A stretch of DNA of 32,000 nucleotides from Bacillus subtilis subsp. subtilis str. 168. Its GTDB lineage: Bacteria; Bacillota; Bacilli; Bacillales; Bacillaceae. Every line of letters begins with the position of its first letter. Within the stretch, counting starts at the first letter, position 1. Made by a program: the position numbers and the translations under genes. The stretch lies in contig NC_000964.3 in assembly GCF_000009045.1 (NCBI RefSeq), forward strand, positions 1,200,001-1,232,000. Reading direction: 5' to 3'. The notes beneath the pieces are model-generated. The model was not told where the DNA came from. It saw only the letters and a program-made list of their open reading frames with translations, and ran no database searches. Positions 19,849 through 29,067 of this stretch are shown one piece after another.

Positions 19849-21486
19849 ATGAAAAAACGTTGGTCGATTGTCACGTTGATGCTCATTTTCACTCTCGTGC
19901 TGAGCGCGTGCGGCTTTGGCGGCAGCGGATCAAACGGTGAAGGGAAAAAGGACAGTAAAGGAAAGACGACACTTAACATTAATATTAAAACTGAGCCGTT
20001 CTCCTTACATCCGGGATTGGCAAATGATTCAGTATCAGGCGGTGTTATCCGTCAGACTTTTGAAGGATTGACACGTATCAATGCAGATGGTGAGCCTGAA
20101 GAAGGCATGGCTTCTAAAATTGAAACGAGCAAGGACGGAAAGACATATACATTTACCATTCGTGATGGTGTGAAATGGTCTAATGGAGACCCTGTAACTG
20201 CACAAGATTTTGAATATGCTTGGAAATGGGCGCTTGACCCTAATAATGAATCACAATACGCTTACCAGCTCTACTACATAAAAGGTGCTGAAGCGGCGAA
20301 TACCGGAAAAGGCAGCCTAGACGATGTGGCAGTAAAAGCTGTGAATGACAAAACGCTGAAGGTTGAATTAAATAACCCGACTCCATATTTCACTGAATTA
20401 ACTGCGTTCTATACGTATATGCCGATCAATAAGAAAATTGCAGAGAAAAATAAAAAGTGGAATACAAATGCCGGAGATGATTATGTATCAAACGGGCCGT
20501 TCAAAATGACGGCATGGAAACACAGCGGCTCTATTACTCTCGAAAAAAATGACCAGTATTGGGATAAAGACAAAGTCAAACTGAAGAAAATCGATATGGT
20601 TATGATCAACAATAACAATACGGAACTAAAAAAATTCCAAGCTGGCGAACTTGATTGGGCCGGTATGCCGCTCGGACAGCTTCCGACAGAATCCCTGCCG
20701 ACCCTGAAAAAAGACGGTTCTTTACATGTTGAGCCGATTGCAGGAGTGTATTGGTACAAATTCAACACTGAAGCTAAGCCATTAGACAACGTCAATATCC
20801 GTAAAGCTTTAACATATTCGCTTGACCGTCAGTCGATTGTTAAAAACGTTACGCAAGGAGAGCAAATCCCGGCAATGGCTGCAGTGCCGCCTACAATGAA
20901 GGGATTTGAGGATAACAAAGAAGGATACTTCAAAGACAATGATGTCAAAACAGCAAAAGAATACCTTGAAAAAGGCCTAAAAGAAATGGGCTTAAGCAAG
21001 GCATCTGATTTGCCAAAAATCAAATTGTCTTACAACACTGATGACGCACACGCGAAAATCGCTCAAGCAGTACAAGAAATGTGGAAGAAAAATTTAGGCG
21101 TTGATGTTGAGCTTGATAACTCAGAGTGGAATGTCTATATTGATAAGCTCCACAGCCAAGATTATCAAATCGGCCGTATGGGCTGGCTCGGCGACTTCAA
21201 TGATCCTATCAACTTCCTTGAATTGTTCCGCGACAAAAACGGAGGAAATAACGATACAGGCTGGGAAAATCCAGAATTCAAAAAGCTTCTGAATCAGTCA
21301 CAAACTGAAACAGATAAAACAAAACGTGCAGAGCTGCTGAAAAAAGCAGAAGGTATTTTCATTGATGAAATGCCGGTTGCCCCAATCTATTTCTATACTG
21401 ATACTTGGGTACAGGATGAAAACCTAAAAGGTGTTATCATGCCAGGTACTGGTGAGGTTTATTTCAGAAACGCATATTTTAAATAA
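19849..21486 (+). CDS. oppA: oligopeptide-binding lipoprotein OppA (Spo0KA)
   Basis: 545 aa. The signal peptide has the lipobox VLSACG. It is a family-5 SBP paralogous to the two AppA fragments. SD GGGGG lies upstream. Confidence 0.96.
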   Translation: MKKRWSIVTLMLIFTLVLSACGFGGSGSNGEGKKDSKGKTTLNINIKTEPFSLHPGLANDSVSGGVIRQTFEGLTRINADGEPEEGMASKIETSKDGKTYTFTIRDGVKWSNGDPVTAQDFEYAWKWALDPNNESQYAYQLYYIKGAEAANTGKGSLDDVAVKAVNDKTLKVELNNPTPYFTELTAFYTYMPINKKIAEKNKKWNTNAGDDYVSNGPFKMTAWKHSGSITLEKNDQYWDKDKVKLKKIDMVMINNNNTELKKFQAGELDWAGMPLGQLPTESLPTLKKDGSLHVEPIAGVYWYKFNTEAKPLDNVNIRKALTYSLDRQSIVKNVTQGEQIPAMAAVPPTMKGFEDNKEGYFKDNDVKTAKEYLEKGLKEMGLSKASDLPKIKLSYNTDDAHAKIAQAVQEMWKKNLGVDVELDNSEWNVYIDKLHSQDYQIGRMGWLGDFNDPINFLELFRDKNGGNNDTGWENPEFKKLLNQSQTETDKTKRAELLKKAEGIFIDEMPVAPIYFYTDTWVQDENLKGVIMPGTGEVYFRNAYFK

Positions 21487-21512
21487 GGCTACGTCTGAAA
21501 ATAAAAGACCTC

Positions 21513-21545
21513 AAGGTATATGGGGAGAAAAGCCCCATATACCTT
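21513..21545 (+). terminator. intercistronic 13-bp hairpin between oppA and oppB (partial terminator or 3'-end stabiliser)
   Basis: AAGGTATATGGGG (21513-21525) / CCCCATATACCTT (21533-21545) pair perfectly around a 7-nt loop. Only TCTT follows, so there is no strong U-tract. Confidence 0.6.
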
Positions 21546-21593
21546 TCTTACTGATGGAGTATAAAAATGTAAAAACCATGGAGGTGTTCCCCC

Positions 21594-22529
21594 TTGCTAA
21601 AATATATCGGAAGACGCTTAGTCTATATGATTATCACACTATTTGTGATTGTAACTGTGACATTCTTCTTAATGCAAGCAGCACCGGGCGGGCCATTTTC
21701 AGGTGAGAAAAAGCTTCCGCCTGAAATTGAAGCAAATTTAAATGCGCATTATGGCTTGGACAAGCCGCTGTTTGTACAATATGTCAGTTATTTGAAATCA
21801 GTTGCAATGTGGGATTTCGGACCGTCATTTAAATATAAAGGTCAGAGTGTTAACGACCTGATCAGTTCAGGTTTCCCCGTTTCATTTACTCTTGGAGCAG
21901 AAGCTATTCTCCTCGCTTTAGCGTTAGGTGTATTGTTTGGGGTCATTGCAGCCCTTTACCATAATAAGTGGCAGGATTATACCGTCGCGATTTTAACGAT
22001 ATTTGGTATTTCGGTTCCGAGCTTTATCATGGCGGCTGTTCTGCAATATGTGTTCTCCATGAAGCTTGGGCTGTTTCCGGTCGCGGGGTGGGATTCCTGG
22101 GCATACACCTTTTTGCCTTCCATCGCACTTGCTTCCATGCCGATGGCGTTTATTGCCAGACTTTCCCGTTCAAGCATGATCGAAGTGTTAAACAGTGATT
22201 ATATCCGCACAGCGAAAGCGAAAGGGCTTTCCCGCCCAGCGGTTACAGTGCGGCACGCCATTCGAAACGCACTTTTGCCGGTTGTTACATATATGGGCCC
22301 GATGGCCGCACAGGTCTTAACGGGGAGCTTCATTATTGAAACCATTTTTGGGATTCCGGGGCTTGGTGCACACTTCGTCAACAGTATTACAAACCGTGAT
22401 TATACGGTCATTATGGGTGTAACGGTGTTCTTCAGTGTCATCTTGCTATTGTGTGTATTAATCGTAGATGTGTTATACGGCATTATTGATCCAAGAATCA
22501 AGCTTTCCAAAGCAAAGAAAGGAGCCTAG
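21594..22529 (+). CDS. oppB: oligopeptide ABC transporter permease OppB
   Basis: 311 aa. TTG start lies 7 nt after GGAGGTG (21580-21586). EAA-loop [26 protein letters not shown]. Confidence 0.94.
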
Positions 22530-22532
22530 GCC

Positions 22533-23450
22533 ATGCAGAACATTCCAAAAAACATGTTTGAACCAGCCGCAGCGAATGCCGGCGATGCAGAAAAAATAAG
22601 TAAAAAGAGCCTTTCCCTCTGGAAAGATGCGATGCTTCGCTTCCGCAGCAATAAGCTTGCAATGGTCGGGCTTATCATTATCGTACTTATTATCCTTATG
22701 GCAATTTTTGCGCCGATGTTCTCAAGGTATGATTATTCAACTACTAATCTCTTAAATGCGGATAAGCCGCCTTCAAAAGATCACTGGTTCGGAACAGATG
22801 ATCTTGGACGGGACATTTTCGTCCGTACATGGGTAGGGGCGCGAATCTCAATCTTTATCGGTGTTGCAGCTGCTGTTCTCGATTTGCTGATCGGCGTCAT
22901 TTGGGGGAGCATTTCAGGCTTCCGCGGAGGAAGAACAGATGAAATCATGATGCGTATCGCTGATATCCTTTGGGCAGTTCCTTCATTATTAATGGTTATC
23001 TTACTGATGGTTGTTCTTCCGAAAGGTCTATTTACGATTATTATTGCCATGACGATTACAGGCTGGATTAATATGGCCAGAATCGTGCGCGGACAAGTGC
23101 TGCAGCTGAAGAATCAGGAGTATGTGCTTGCTTCACAGACACTGGGTGCAAAAACATCCCGTCTTCTATTTAAACATATCGTGCCAAACGCAATGGGTTC
23201 TATTTTGGTCACGATGACACTGACAGTTCCTACTGCGATTTTTACAGAAGCCTTTTTAAGCTATTTGGGACTTGGTGTTCCGGCTCCGCTGGCAAGCTGG
23301 GGAACGATGGCTTCTGACGGATTGCCTGCATTGACCTATTATCCGTGGCGTTTATTCTTCCCTGCCGGATTTATCTGCATTACAATGTTTGGTTTTAACG
23401 TTGTCGGCGACGGATTAAGAGACGCATTGGATCCTAAGTTACGTAAATAA
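22533..23450 (+). CDS. oppC: oligopeptide ABC transporter permease OppC
   Basis: 305 aa. The ATG lies 3 nt after the oppB stop, behind AAAGGAG. EAA-loop ASQTLGAKTSRLLFKHIVPNAMG. Confidence 0.94.
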   Translation: MQNIPKNMFEPAAANAGDAEKISKKSLSLWKDAMLRFRSNKLAMVGLIIIVLIILMAIFAPMFSRYDYSTTNLLNADKPPSKDHWFGTDDLGRDIFVRTWVGARISIFIGVAAAVLDLLIGVIWGSISGFRGGRTDEIMMRIADILWAVPSLLMVILLMVVLPKGLFTIIIAMTITGWINMARIVRGQVLQLKNQEYVLASQTLGAKTSRLLFKHIVPNAMGSILVTMTLTVPTAIFTEAFLSYLGLGVPAPLASWGTMASDGLPALTYYPWRLFFPAGFICITMFGFNVVGDGLRDALDPKLRK

Positions 23451-23454
23451 GGGA

Positions 23455-24531
23455 GTGATACGGGTGACACGCCTATTAGAAGTAAAAGATTTAGCAATTT
23501 CATTTAAAACATATGGCGGAGAGGTCCAGGCGATCCGCGGAGTGAATTTCCATCTGGATAAAGGGGAGACGCTGGCCATTGTTGGAGAATCAGGTTCCGG
23601 AAAAAGTGTAACCTCTCAAGCGATTATGAAGCTGATTCCAATGCCTCCGGGTTATTTCAAACGCGGTGAGATCCTGTTTGAAGGAAAGGATCTGGTGCCG
23701 CTGTCCGAAAAAGAAATGCAAAATGTCCGGGGAAAAGAGATCGGCATGATATTCCAAGATCCGATGACCTCTTTAAATCCAACGATGAAGGTCGGTAAAC
23801 AAATTACGGAAGTGCTTTTTAAACACGAAAAGATCTCGAAGGAAGCGGCTAAAAAACGCGCGGTTGAACTGCTGGAATTAGTCGGTATCCCAATGCCGGA
23901 AAAGCGGGTGAACCAATTTCCGCATGAATTTTCAGGCGGGATGAGACAGAGGGTTGTCATTGCCATGGCGCTTGCAGCGAATCCGAAACTTCTGATCGCC
24001 GATGAGCCGACAACTGCTCTTGATGTAACGATTCAAGCGCAAATTTTGGAATTAATGAAGGATTTGCAAAAGAAAATTGACACGTCCATCATCTTTATCA
24101 CACACGATCTTGGTGTTGTGGCTAACGTTGCTGACCGGGTCGCTGTCATGTACGCGGGACAGATTGTAGAAACTGGTACGGTAGACGAAATCTTCTACGA
24201 CCCGAGACATCCGTACACTTGGGGGCTTCTTGCATCCATGCCGACACTGGAAAGTTCAGGAGAGGAAGAGCTGACTGCAATTCCGGGCACGCCGCCTGAT
24301 TTGACAAACCCGCCAAAAGGAGATGCTTTTGCCCTGCGGAGCTCTTACGCGATGAAAATCGATTTTGAACAGGAGCCGCCAATGTTTAAGGTATCCGATA
24401 CTCATTATGTAAAATCGTGGCTGCTTCATCCTGACGCGCCAAAGGTAGAGCCGCCTGAAGCGGTAAAAGCGAAAATGCGTAAACTGGCAAACACGTTTGA
24501 AAAACCTGTCTTAGTGAGAGAAGTTGAATGA
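23455..24531 (+). CDS. oppD: oligopeptide ABC transporter ATP-binding protein OppD
   Basis: 358 aa from GTG 23455. Motifs [16 protein letters not shown] and [12 protein letters not shown]. The C-terminal extension has no Cys. Confidence 0.92.
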   Translation: MIRVTRLLEVKDLAISFKTYGGEVQAIRGVNFHLDKGETLAIVGESGSGKSVTSQAIMKLIPMPPGYFKRGEILFEGKDLVPLSEKEMQNVRGKEIGMIFQDPMTSLNPTMKVGKQITEVLFKHEKISKEAAKKRAVELLELVGIPMPEKRVNQFPHEFSGGMRQRVVIAMALAANPKLLIADEPTTALDVTIQAQILELMKDLQKKIDTSIIFITHDLGVVANVADRVAVMYAGQIVETGTVDEIFYDPRHPYTWGLLASMPTLESSGEEELTAIPGTPPDLTNPPKGDAFALRSSYAMKIDFEQEPPMFKVSDTHYVKSWLLHPDAPKVEPPEAVKAKMRKLANTFEKPVLVREVE

Positions 24532-25450
24532 ATTGACTGAAAAACTATTAGAAATCAAACATTTAAAACAGCACTTTGTCACGCCGAGGGGAACGGTTAA
24601 GGCTGTAGATGATTTATCATTTGATATCTATAAAGGTGAAACATTAGGGCTGGTTGGTGAATCTGGCTGCGGTAAATCGACAACAGGCCGAAGCATTATC
24701 AGGCTGTACGAAGCAACCGATGGTGAGGTGCTGTTCAACGGCGAAAATGTGCACGGGAGAAAATCGCGGAAAAAGCTGCTGGAATTCAACCGCAAAATGC
24801 AGATGATTTTCCAAGACCCCTATGCATCCCTGAATCCGAGAATGACAGTTGCTGATATTATTGCTGAAGGCCTTGATATTCATAAGCTGGCAAAAACGAA
24901 AAAAGAGCGGATGCAGCGAGTTCATGAACTATTGGAAACAGTGGGATTGAACAAGGAACACGCGAACCGCTATCCTCATGAATTTTCCGGCGGCCAGCGC
25001 CAAAGAATCGGGATTGCCAGAGCGCTTGCTGTTGATCCGGAATTCATTATCGCGGATGAGCCGATTTCCGCTTTGGATGTATCCATTCAAGCGCAGGTCG
25101 TGAATTTAATGAAAGAACTGCAAAAAGAAAAAGGGCTCACATACCTGTTTATTGCCCACGATTTATCGATGGTCAAATACATCAGTGACCGCATTGGCGT
25201 CATGTATTTCGGGAAACTGGTTGAGCTTGCGCCGGCAGATGAGCTTTATGAAAATCCGCTTCACCCATATACAAAATCATTGCTTTCTGCGATTCCGCTT
25301 CCTGATCCGGACTATGAGAGAAATCGCGTTCGCCAGAAATATGATCCGTCTGTCCATCAATTAAAGGATGGGGAAACGATGGAATTCCGTGAAGTCAAAC
25401 CGGGACATTTTGTGATGTGCACGGAAGCCGAATTTAAAGCTTTTTCATGA
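24524..25450 (+). CDS. oppF: oligopeptide ABC transporter ATP-binding protein OppF
   Basis: Motifs [17 protein letters not shown] and IIADEPISALD. The start is ambiguous between TTG 24524 (308 aa, 8-nt overlap with oppD) and in-frame TTG 24533 (305 aa). Confidence 0.9.
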   Translation: MNELTEKLLEIKHLKQHFVTPRGTVKAVDDLSFDIYKGETLGLVGESGCGKSTTGRSIIRLYEATDGEVLFNGENVHGRKSRKKLLEFNRKMQMIFQDPYASLNPRMTVADIIAEGLDIHKLAKTKKERMQRVHELLETVGLNKEHANRYPHEFSGGQRQRIGIARALAVDPEFIIADEPISALDVSIQAQVVNLMKELQKEKGLTYLFIAHDLSMVKYISDRIGVMYFGKLVELAPADELYENPLHPYTKSLLSAIPLPDPDYERNRVRQKYDPSVHQLKDGETMEFREVKPGHFVMCTEAEFKAFS

Positions 25451-25456
25451 TTCATC

Positions 25457-25491
25457 AATCCTTCAAGAGATTTCTCTTGAAGGATTTTTTT
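25457..25491 (+). terminator. intrinsic terminator ending the opp operon
   Basis: AATCCTTCAAGAG (25457-25469) / CTCTTGAAGGATT (25474-25486), 4-nt loop, T-run continuing to 25491. Confidence 0.9.
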
Positions 25492-25592
25492 GCGTCTTCA
25501 TAGAAAGTGAGAATGATAACATTTACAATTAGAGGAAAAAGCGGAGGCGAAATACGATTCAATTTCTGCATAACAAAAATGTTTTTGCGCTA

Positions 25593-26774
25593 TTGCTGTC
25601 TCAATCTTTTCAATCTTTAGCAGGAGTCCTCGTCACAATCGTTTTAATGGTCCGGATCTATCAAATGACTGACTCCGTTTTTTTGGCGGGCCTTATTTTA
25701 TCGTTCATGTCGTTTGCGAGTATAGCAGCAAGCTTTTGCGTCTCTCCGGTGCTTCGCATTCTCGGTTTTAAAAAGGTGCTTGCGGGAGCGAATCTGCTGA
25801 GAGCGGTCTTTATTATACTGATGGCATACAGCGTCACTCATCACGGACAGGCATTCTTTTGGATTACGCTGCTGTTTGTGTTTTGTTTTTCCTTCGCGGG
25901 CGCTTTTTTTCAGCCGGCAAGATTTGCGCTGCTGCCGATTATTGTTCCAAAGAAGCAATATGTAAAAGCGAATGGTGTGATCTCCCTCTCGAATCAATTG
26001 TTCTTAACAGCAGGCTGGGGCCTTGGAGGCCTTCTGACGTACGCCGTCCCTTTTGAACTCGTTGTCGGCGCTGCCATTTGCCTGTTTGTTCTATCGGGAG
26101 CTTCCATCAGTGTGCTGCATGTAAATGAAGAAGAGGCTGCAGGAACTGCTGAAACAGCATCTGTCAGAAGTATATGGAAGGATTTAATGATCATCCCTAT
26201 TGTAAGAGACATTACTGTAATGGACATGTTAGAAGCTTTGGCGGGTTCCGTATGGTCATCTGCTATTCTCCTCGCATTTACTGCGGCTGTTTTGCATGAA
26301 ACAGAGGTGTGGTGGGGGATGTTTAACGCTTCCTATTTTATAGGCGCAATTGTCGGCAGTGTGATTGCTATTCGTTTTTCTTCTTTTTTTGAGCGGAATA
26401 TGGGCTATGCCATTATGTTCAGCTCGCTTGTAATGTCGGCGCTGACCCTTTTGTTTTCATTTTCTCCAGTCCCATTTTTATGCGCTCTGGCTTGTGCTGC
26501 AATGGGGCCTTTTTATCAGGTGCGTGATATTTGCCAGGAAACCATGCTGCAGGAAGTTATTCCCGAGCAGAAACGAATCGGAATCATGGCTGCAAAAAAT
26601 GCGATTTTGACTCCTTGGTCAGGCGTCACCTACTCCATTATGGGGCTAGTGGCTGATGCTGCTGGTGCGAAAATAGCTTTTATCGCGGCTGCTGCATTAT
26701 ATATCATGACATTTCTGATTGCACTGGCGCAGCCCCGTCTGGTTCATTACAGGCGAGAAAATCGAGTTCAATGA
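25593..26774 (+). CDS. yjbB: major facilitator superfamily transporter (about 12 hydrophobic segments)
   Basis: 393 aa from TTG 25593. The frame is open from 25533, and GGAGG at 25544-25548 points to an earlier, non-canonical start (see findings). Hydrophobic periodicity is typical of MFS proteins. Confidence 0.8.
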   Translation: MLSQSFQSLAGVLVTIVLMVRIYQMTDSVFLAGLILSFMSFASIAASFCVSPVLRILGFKKVLAGANLLRAVFIILMAYSVTHHGQAFFWITLLFVFCFSFAGAFFQPARFALLPIIVPKKQYVKANGVISLSNQLFLTAGWGLGGLLTYAVPFELVVGAAICLFVLSGASISVLHVNEEEAAGTAETASVRSIWKDLMIIPIVRDITVMDMLEALAGSVWSSAILLAFTAAVLHETEVWWGMFNASYFIGAIVGSVIAIRFSSFFERNMGYAIMFSSLVMSALTLLFSFSPVPFLCALACAAMGPFYQVRDICQETMLQEVIPEQKRIGIMAAKNAILTPWSGVTYSIMGLVADAAGAKIAFIAAAALYIMTFLIALAQPRLVHYRRENRVQ

Positions 26775-26790
26775 GAAACACTTCAAAATG

Positions 26791-26813
26791 AACGGAGCAG
26801 CTGGCTCCGTTTT
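26791..26813 (+). terminator. intrinsic terminator after yjbB
   Basis: ACGGAGC (26792-26798) / GCTCCGT (26804-26810), 5-nt loop, then TTT. Confidence 0.65.
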
Positions 26814-26826
26814 GCTGAAAAAAAAA

Positions 26827-26853
26827 TGAAACCATGGCGGAAGTTCGCACGTC
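26827..26853 (+). promoter_or_regulatory. ECF-sigma (sigma-M/W/X type) promoter of yjbC-spx
   Basis: TGAAAC (26827-26832), 17-bp spacer, CGTC (26850-26853). This is the -35/-10 pattern of B. subtilis envelope-stress ECF sigma factors. Confidence 0.7.
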
Positions 26854-26870
26854 TTTATAGATGTAAGGCT

Positions 26871-26895
26871 GTTTAAACAAGAAGAAATGGGGTAT
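26871..26895 (+). promoter_or_regulatory. sigma-B promoter of yjbC-spx
   Basis: GTTTAA (26871-26876), 13-bp spacer, GGGTAT (26890-26895). Both consensus hexamers match exactly at an allowed spacing. Confidence 0.75.
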
Positions 26896-26937
26896 ATCTA
26901 AAAGTATGAAGACAACGAACTCATAAGGAGCAAATCA

Positions 26938-27516
26938 ATGAACTGGTATGAAAAGCTTAGCGAGTACTTTCCAATTGAAGAAATGAAATCAAAAGCGCAT
27001 ATGGAAGCTCTTCTGAAAGAGCGAAGCGATATTTATCATAAAGATGAAGGCAAACATCATATTTTAATGTTTGCGGAATTCGATTCTTTTATCTTCGTTG
27101 ATTATCTGTATGTGTCTAAGGATGCAAGAGGGCAGGGGCTTGGCGGCAAATTGATCGCGAAGCTGAAAAAGAAAAATAAGCCCATATTGCTCGAGGTGGA
27201 ACCTGTGGATGAAGATGATACTGATACAGAAAAACGCCTGAGGTTTTATCAAAGAGAGCATTTCAAGCATGCTCAGTCAATTGGGTACCGGCGCCGGTCA
27301 TTGGCTACGAATGAAGTAAACAAGATGGAGATTCTGTACTGGTCACCAAAAACAGAATCAGAAGAAGAAATTCTTGAAGCCATGAAACAGACATATGAAA
27401 ACATTCATACTTATAAAGATGAGAAATGGTACGGAGAATCGTACGAAAAAACGGATGAGGTCTTGGAAATCATCGATGAAGAAAAACAAAAAAATATTTT
27501 CGATCAGTTAAGCTAA
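26938..27516 (+). CDS. yjbC: GNAT-family acetyltransferase-like protein
   Basis: 192 aa. AAGGAG lies 8 nt before the ATG. The acetyl-CoA loop motif ARGQGLGGKL (R/Q-x-x-G-x-G/A) is present. Confidence 0.85.
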   Translation: MNWYEKLSEYFPIEEMKSKAHMEALLKERSDIYHKDEGKHHILMFAEFDSFIFVDYLYVSKDARGQGLGGKLIAKLKKKNKPILLEVEPVDEDDTDTEKRLRFYQREHFKHAQSIGYRRRSLATNEVNKMEILYWSPKTESEEEILEAMKQTYENIHTYKDEKWYGESYEKTDEVLEIIDEEKQKNIFDQLS

Positions 27517-27558
27517 TTGAGAATAAGAACATATCATGAACATTAAAAATTTGCTGGA

Positions 27559-27612
27559 TTGACACATTTTTTTCTTAGGATACTGTTCACACTTACTTTT
27601 TTATAGTATAAT
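27559..27612 (+). promoter_or_regulatory. candidate sigma-A promoters internal to the yjbC-spx operon
   Basis: TTGACA (27559-27564), 16-bp spacer, TACTGT (27581-27586). A consensus TATAAT lies at 27607-27612, preceded by TGTTCA/TTCACA. spx is known to have its own promoters in this intergenic region; the exact assignment was not verified. Confidence 0.4.
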
Positions 27613-27696
27613 ACCTGTAAAGATTCCTTTTTTAGAGTAATTTCAATTTAAGAATAAAATAGATGTTCATCCTACTAATTAGAGGAGTGAAGATGA

Positions 27697-28092
27697 ATGG
27701 TTACACTATACACATCACCAAGCTGTACTTCATGCAGAAAGGCGAGAGCGTGGCTCGAGGAGCACGAGATTCCATTTGTAGAAAGAAACATTTTCTCTGA
27801 ACCTTTATCAATTGATGAAATAAAACAAATTCTTCGAATGACTGAGGACGGAACAGATGAAATCATCTCAACCCGTTCAAAAGTATTCCAAAAACTGAAT
27901 GTGAACGTTGAATCTATGCCGCTGCAAGATTTGTACCGCTTGATCAACGAGCATCCAGGTTTGCTTCGCCGTCCGATCATCATTGACGAAAAACGTTTGC
28001 AGGTCGGATATAACGAAGACGAAATCAGACGTTTCCTGCCAAGAAAAGTTCGCTCTTTCCAATTAAGAGAAGCACAGCGTTTGGCAAACTAA
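27697..28092 (+). CDS. spx: Spx, ArsC-family redox-sensing global regulator that binds RNA polymerase
   Basis: 131 aa. The N-terminal CXXC redox switch is in [16 protein letters not shown]. The C-terminus ends ...RLAN (ClpXP degron). Confidence 0.96.
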   Translation: MVTLYTSPSCTSCRKARAWLEEHEIPFVERNIFSEPLSIDEIKQILRMTEDGTDEIISTRSKVFQKLNVNVESMPLQDLYRLINEHPGLLRRPIIIDEKRLQVGYNEDEIRRFLPRKVRSFQLREAQRLAN

Positions 28093-28106
28093 TAGATCGT
28101 ATCATC

Positions 28107-28136
28107 AAAAGAAGGCTGAGTCATCAGCCTTCTTTT
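28107..28136. terminator. bidirectional terminator shared by spx and yjbE
   Basis: AAAAGAAGGCTGA GTCA TCAGCCTTCTTTT palindrome. The yjbE stop (28135-28137) overlaps its edge. Confidence 0.85.
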
Positions 28137-28791
28137 ATTTTTCAACCTGCTGGTAATAAATGCTCGCAAGGATGACAAACGCAACCGTCAAAATGGGGAG
28201 GAGCGTTTCGACTGTGCCGTGCTGCGCCATAAAAAGCGACAGCTTTTTGTCTCTGACAATCATTTCTCCGCCAGTATAAGCAAGCAGCCCGCTTCCCGCG
28301 TAAATCAGAAGCGGTATTTTCTCTAGTGCAATATGGATGAGTTTGCTGCCCCAAATAATAACCGGAACCGATACACACAATCCTATAACAACGAGAGAAA
28401 ACTCACCGTGTGAAGCTCCCGCAACTGCGATGACGTTGTCCAGCGACATAAAGAGATCTGCAAGCACAATCGTTCGTATCGCTCTCCACAGGGAGGTGCT
28501 GCTTTTAATGTGTTTCGTGTCTTTTTTTTCAATCAGCAGCTGATATCCTAAATACAGCAGGAAAATTCCGCCGGCGCACTGCAAGAACGGAATGTTCAAA
28601 AGATATACTGCTGCACTTGTTAATCCGATTCTCATGGCAACGGCAATAAATGTTCCGAGAATAATGGCTTGCTGTCTTTGCTTGTCCGGCAAATGTCTGC
28701 TGGCCATGGCAATAACAACCGCGTTATCTCCGCCGAGGATCAGGTCAATCCCAACAATGACGAGCAGAGAAATCAGATAGTCATGCTCCAT
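28135..28791 (-). CDS. yjbE: TerC-family integral membrane protein
   Basis: 218 aa. The paired motifs LGGDNAVVIAM and MSLDNVIAVAG in hydrophobic helices are the TerC signature. SD GAGGTG lies 7 nt before the ATG. Confidence 0.88.
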   Translation of the reverse strand: MEHDYLISLLVIVGIDLILGGDNAVVIAMASRHLPDKQRQQAIILGTFIAVAMRIGLTSAAVYLLNIPFLQCAGGIFLLYLGYQLLIEKKDTKHIKSSTSLWRAIRTIVLADLFMSLDNVIAVAGASHGEFSLVVIGLCVSVPVIIWGSKLIHIALEKIPLLIYAGSGLLAYTGGEMIVRDKKLSLFMAQHGTVETLLPILTVAFVILASIYYQQVEK

Positions 28792-28848
28792 GAAGCGGCA
28801 CCTCGCTTTCAGTCCTTCGCTTGTACTACTACTATATGAGACAGGTCA

Positions 28849-28934
28849 TATTTTATGATATCAGCCGCCTGATCTGCCGTTTTTTAGGCAAAGGTGCATT
28901 TTTATTTCTTTTGTGACTGTTTTATCATAAAATA
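28849..28934. repeat. 12-bp perfect inverted repeat (TATTTTATGATA) with a 62-bp spacer in the yjbE-mecA divergent intergenic region
   Basis: 28849-28860 TATTTTATGATA, and 28923-28934 TATCATAAAATA, which is its exact reverse complement. Confidence 0.6.
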
Positions 28935-29067
28935 GAAATACAAAGGAATTCACACTGGCCTTGGTTAAGGTTAAGATGTGGACGGAATGGGTAAAGTGTA
29001 GTAAAGTACAATTAATCGGGAGCTTAGATGTCCCTTCAACATCTTATATAGAAGGGAAGGTTGGCAA

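Noticed and set aside
21431-21706. 91-aa ORF spanning the oppA stop, the intercistronic hairpin and the oppB start
   Set aside because: It is out of frame with both genes, reads through the hairpin and the oppB SD, and has no initiation signal.
28792-28990. Possible yybP-ykoY (manganese) riboswitch upstream of the TerC-family gene yjbE
   Set aside because: I read the minus-strand leader looking for the conserved GGGGAGUAG and GACAUA-type loop motifs and four-helix layout. Only an unrelated AGTAGTAGTAC stretch is present, so there is no support for the riboswitch.
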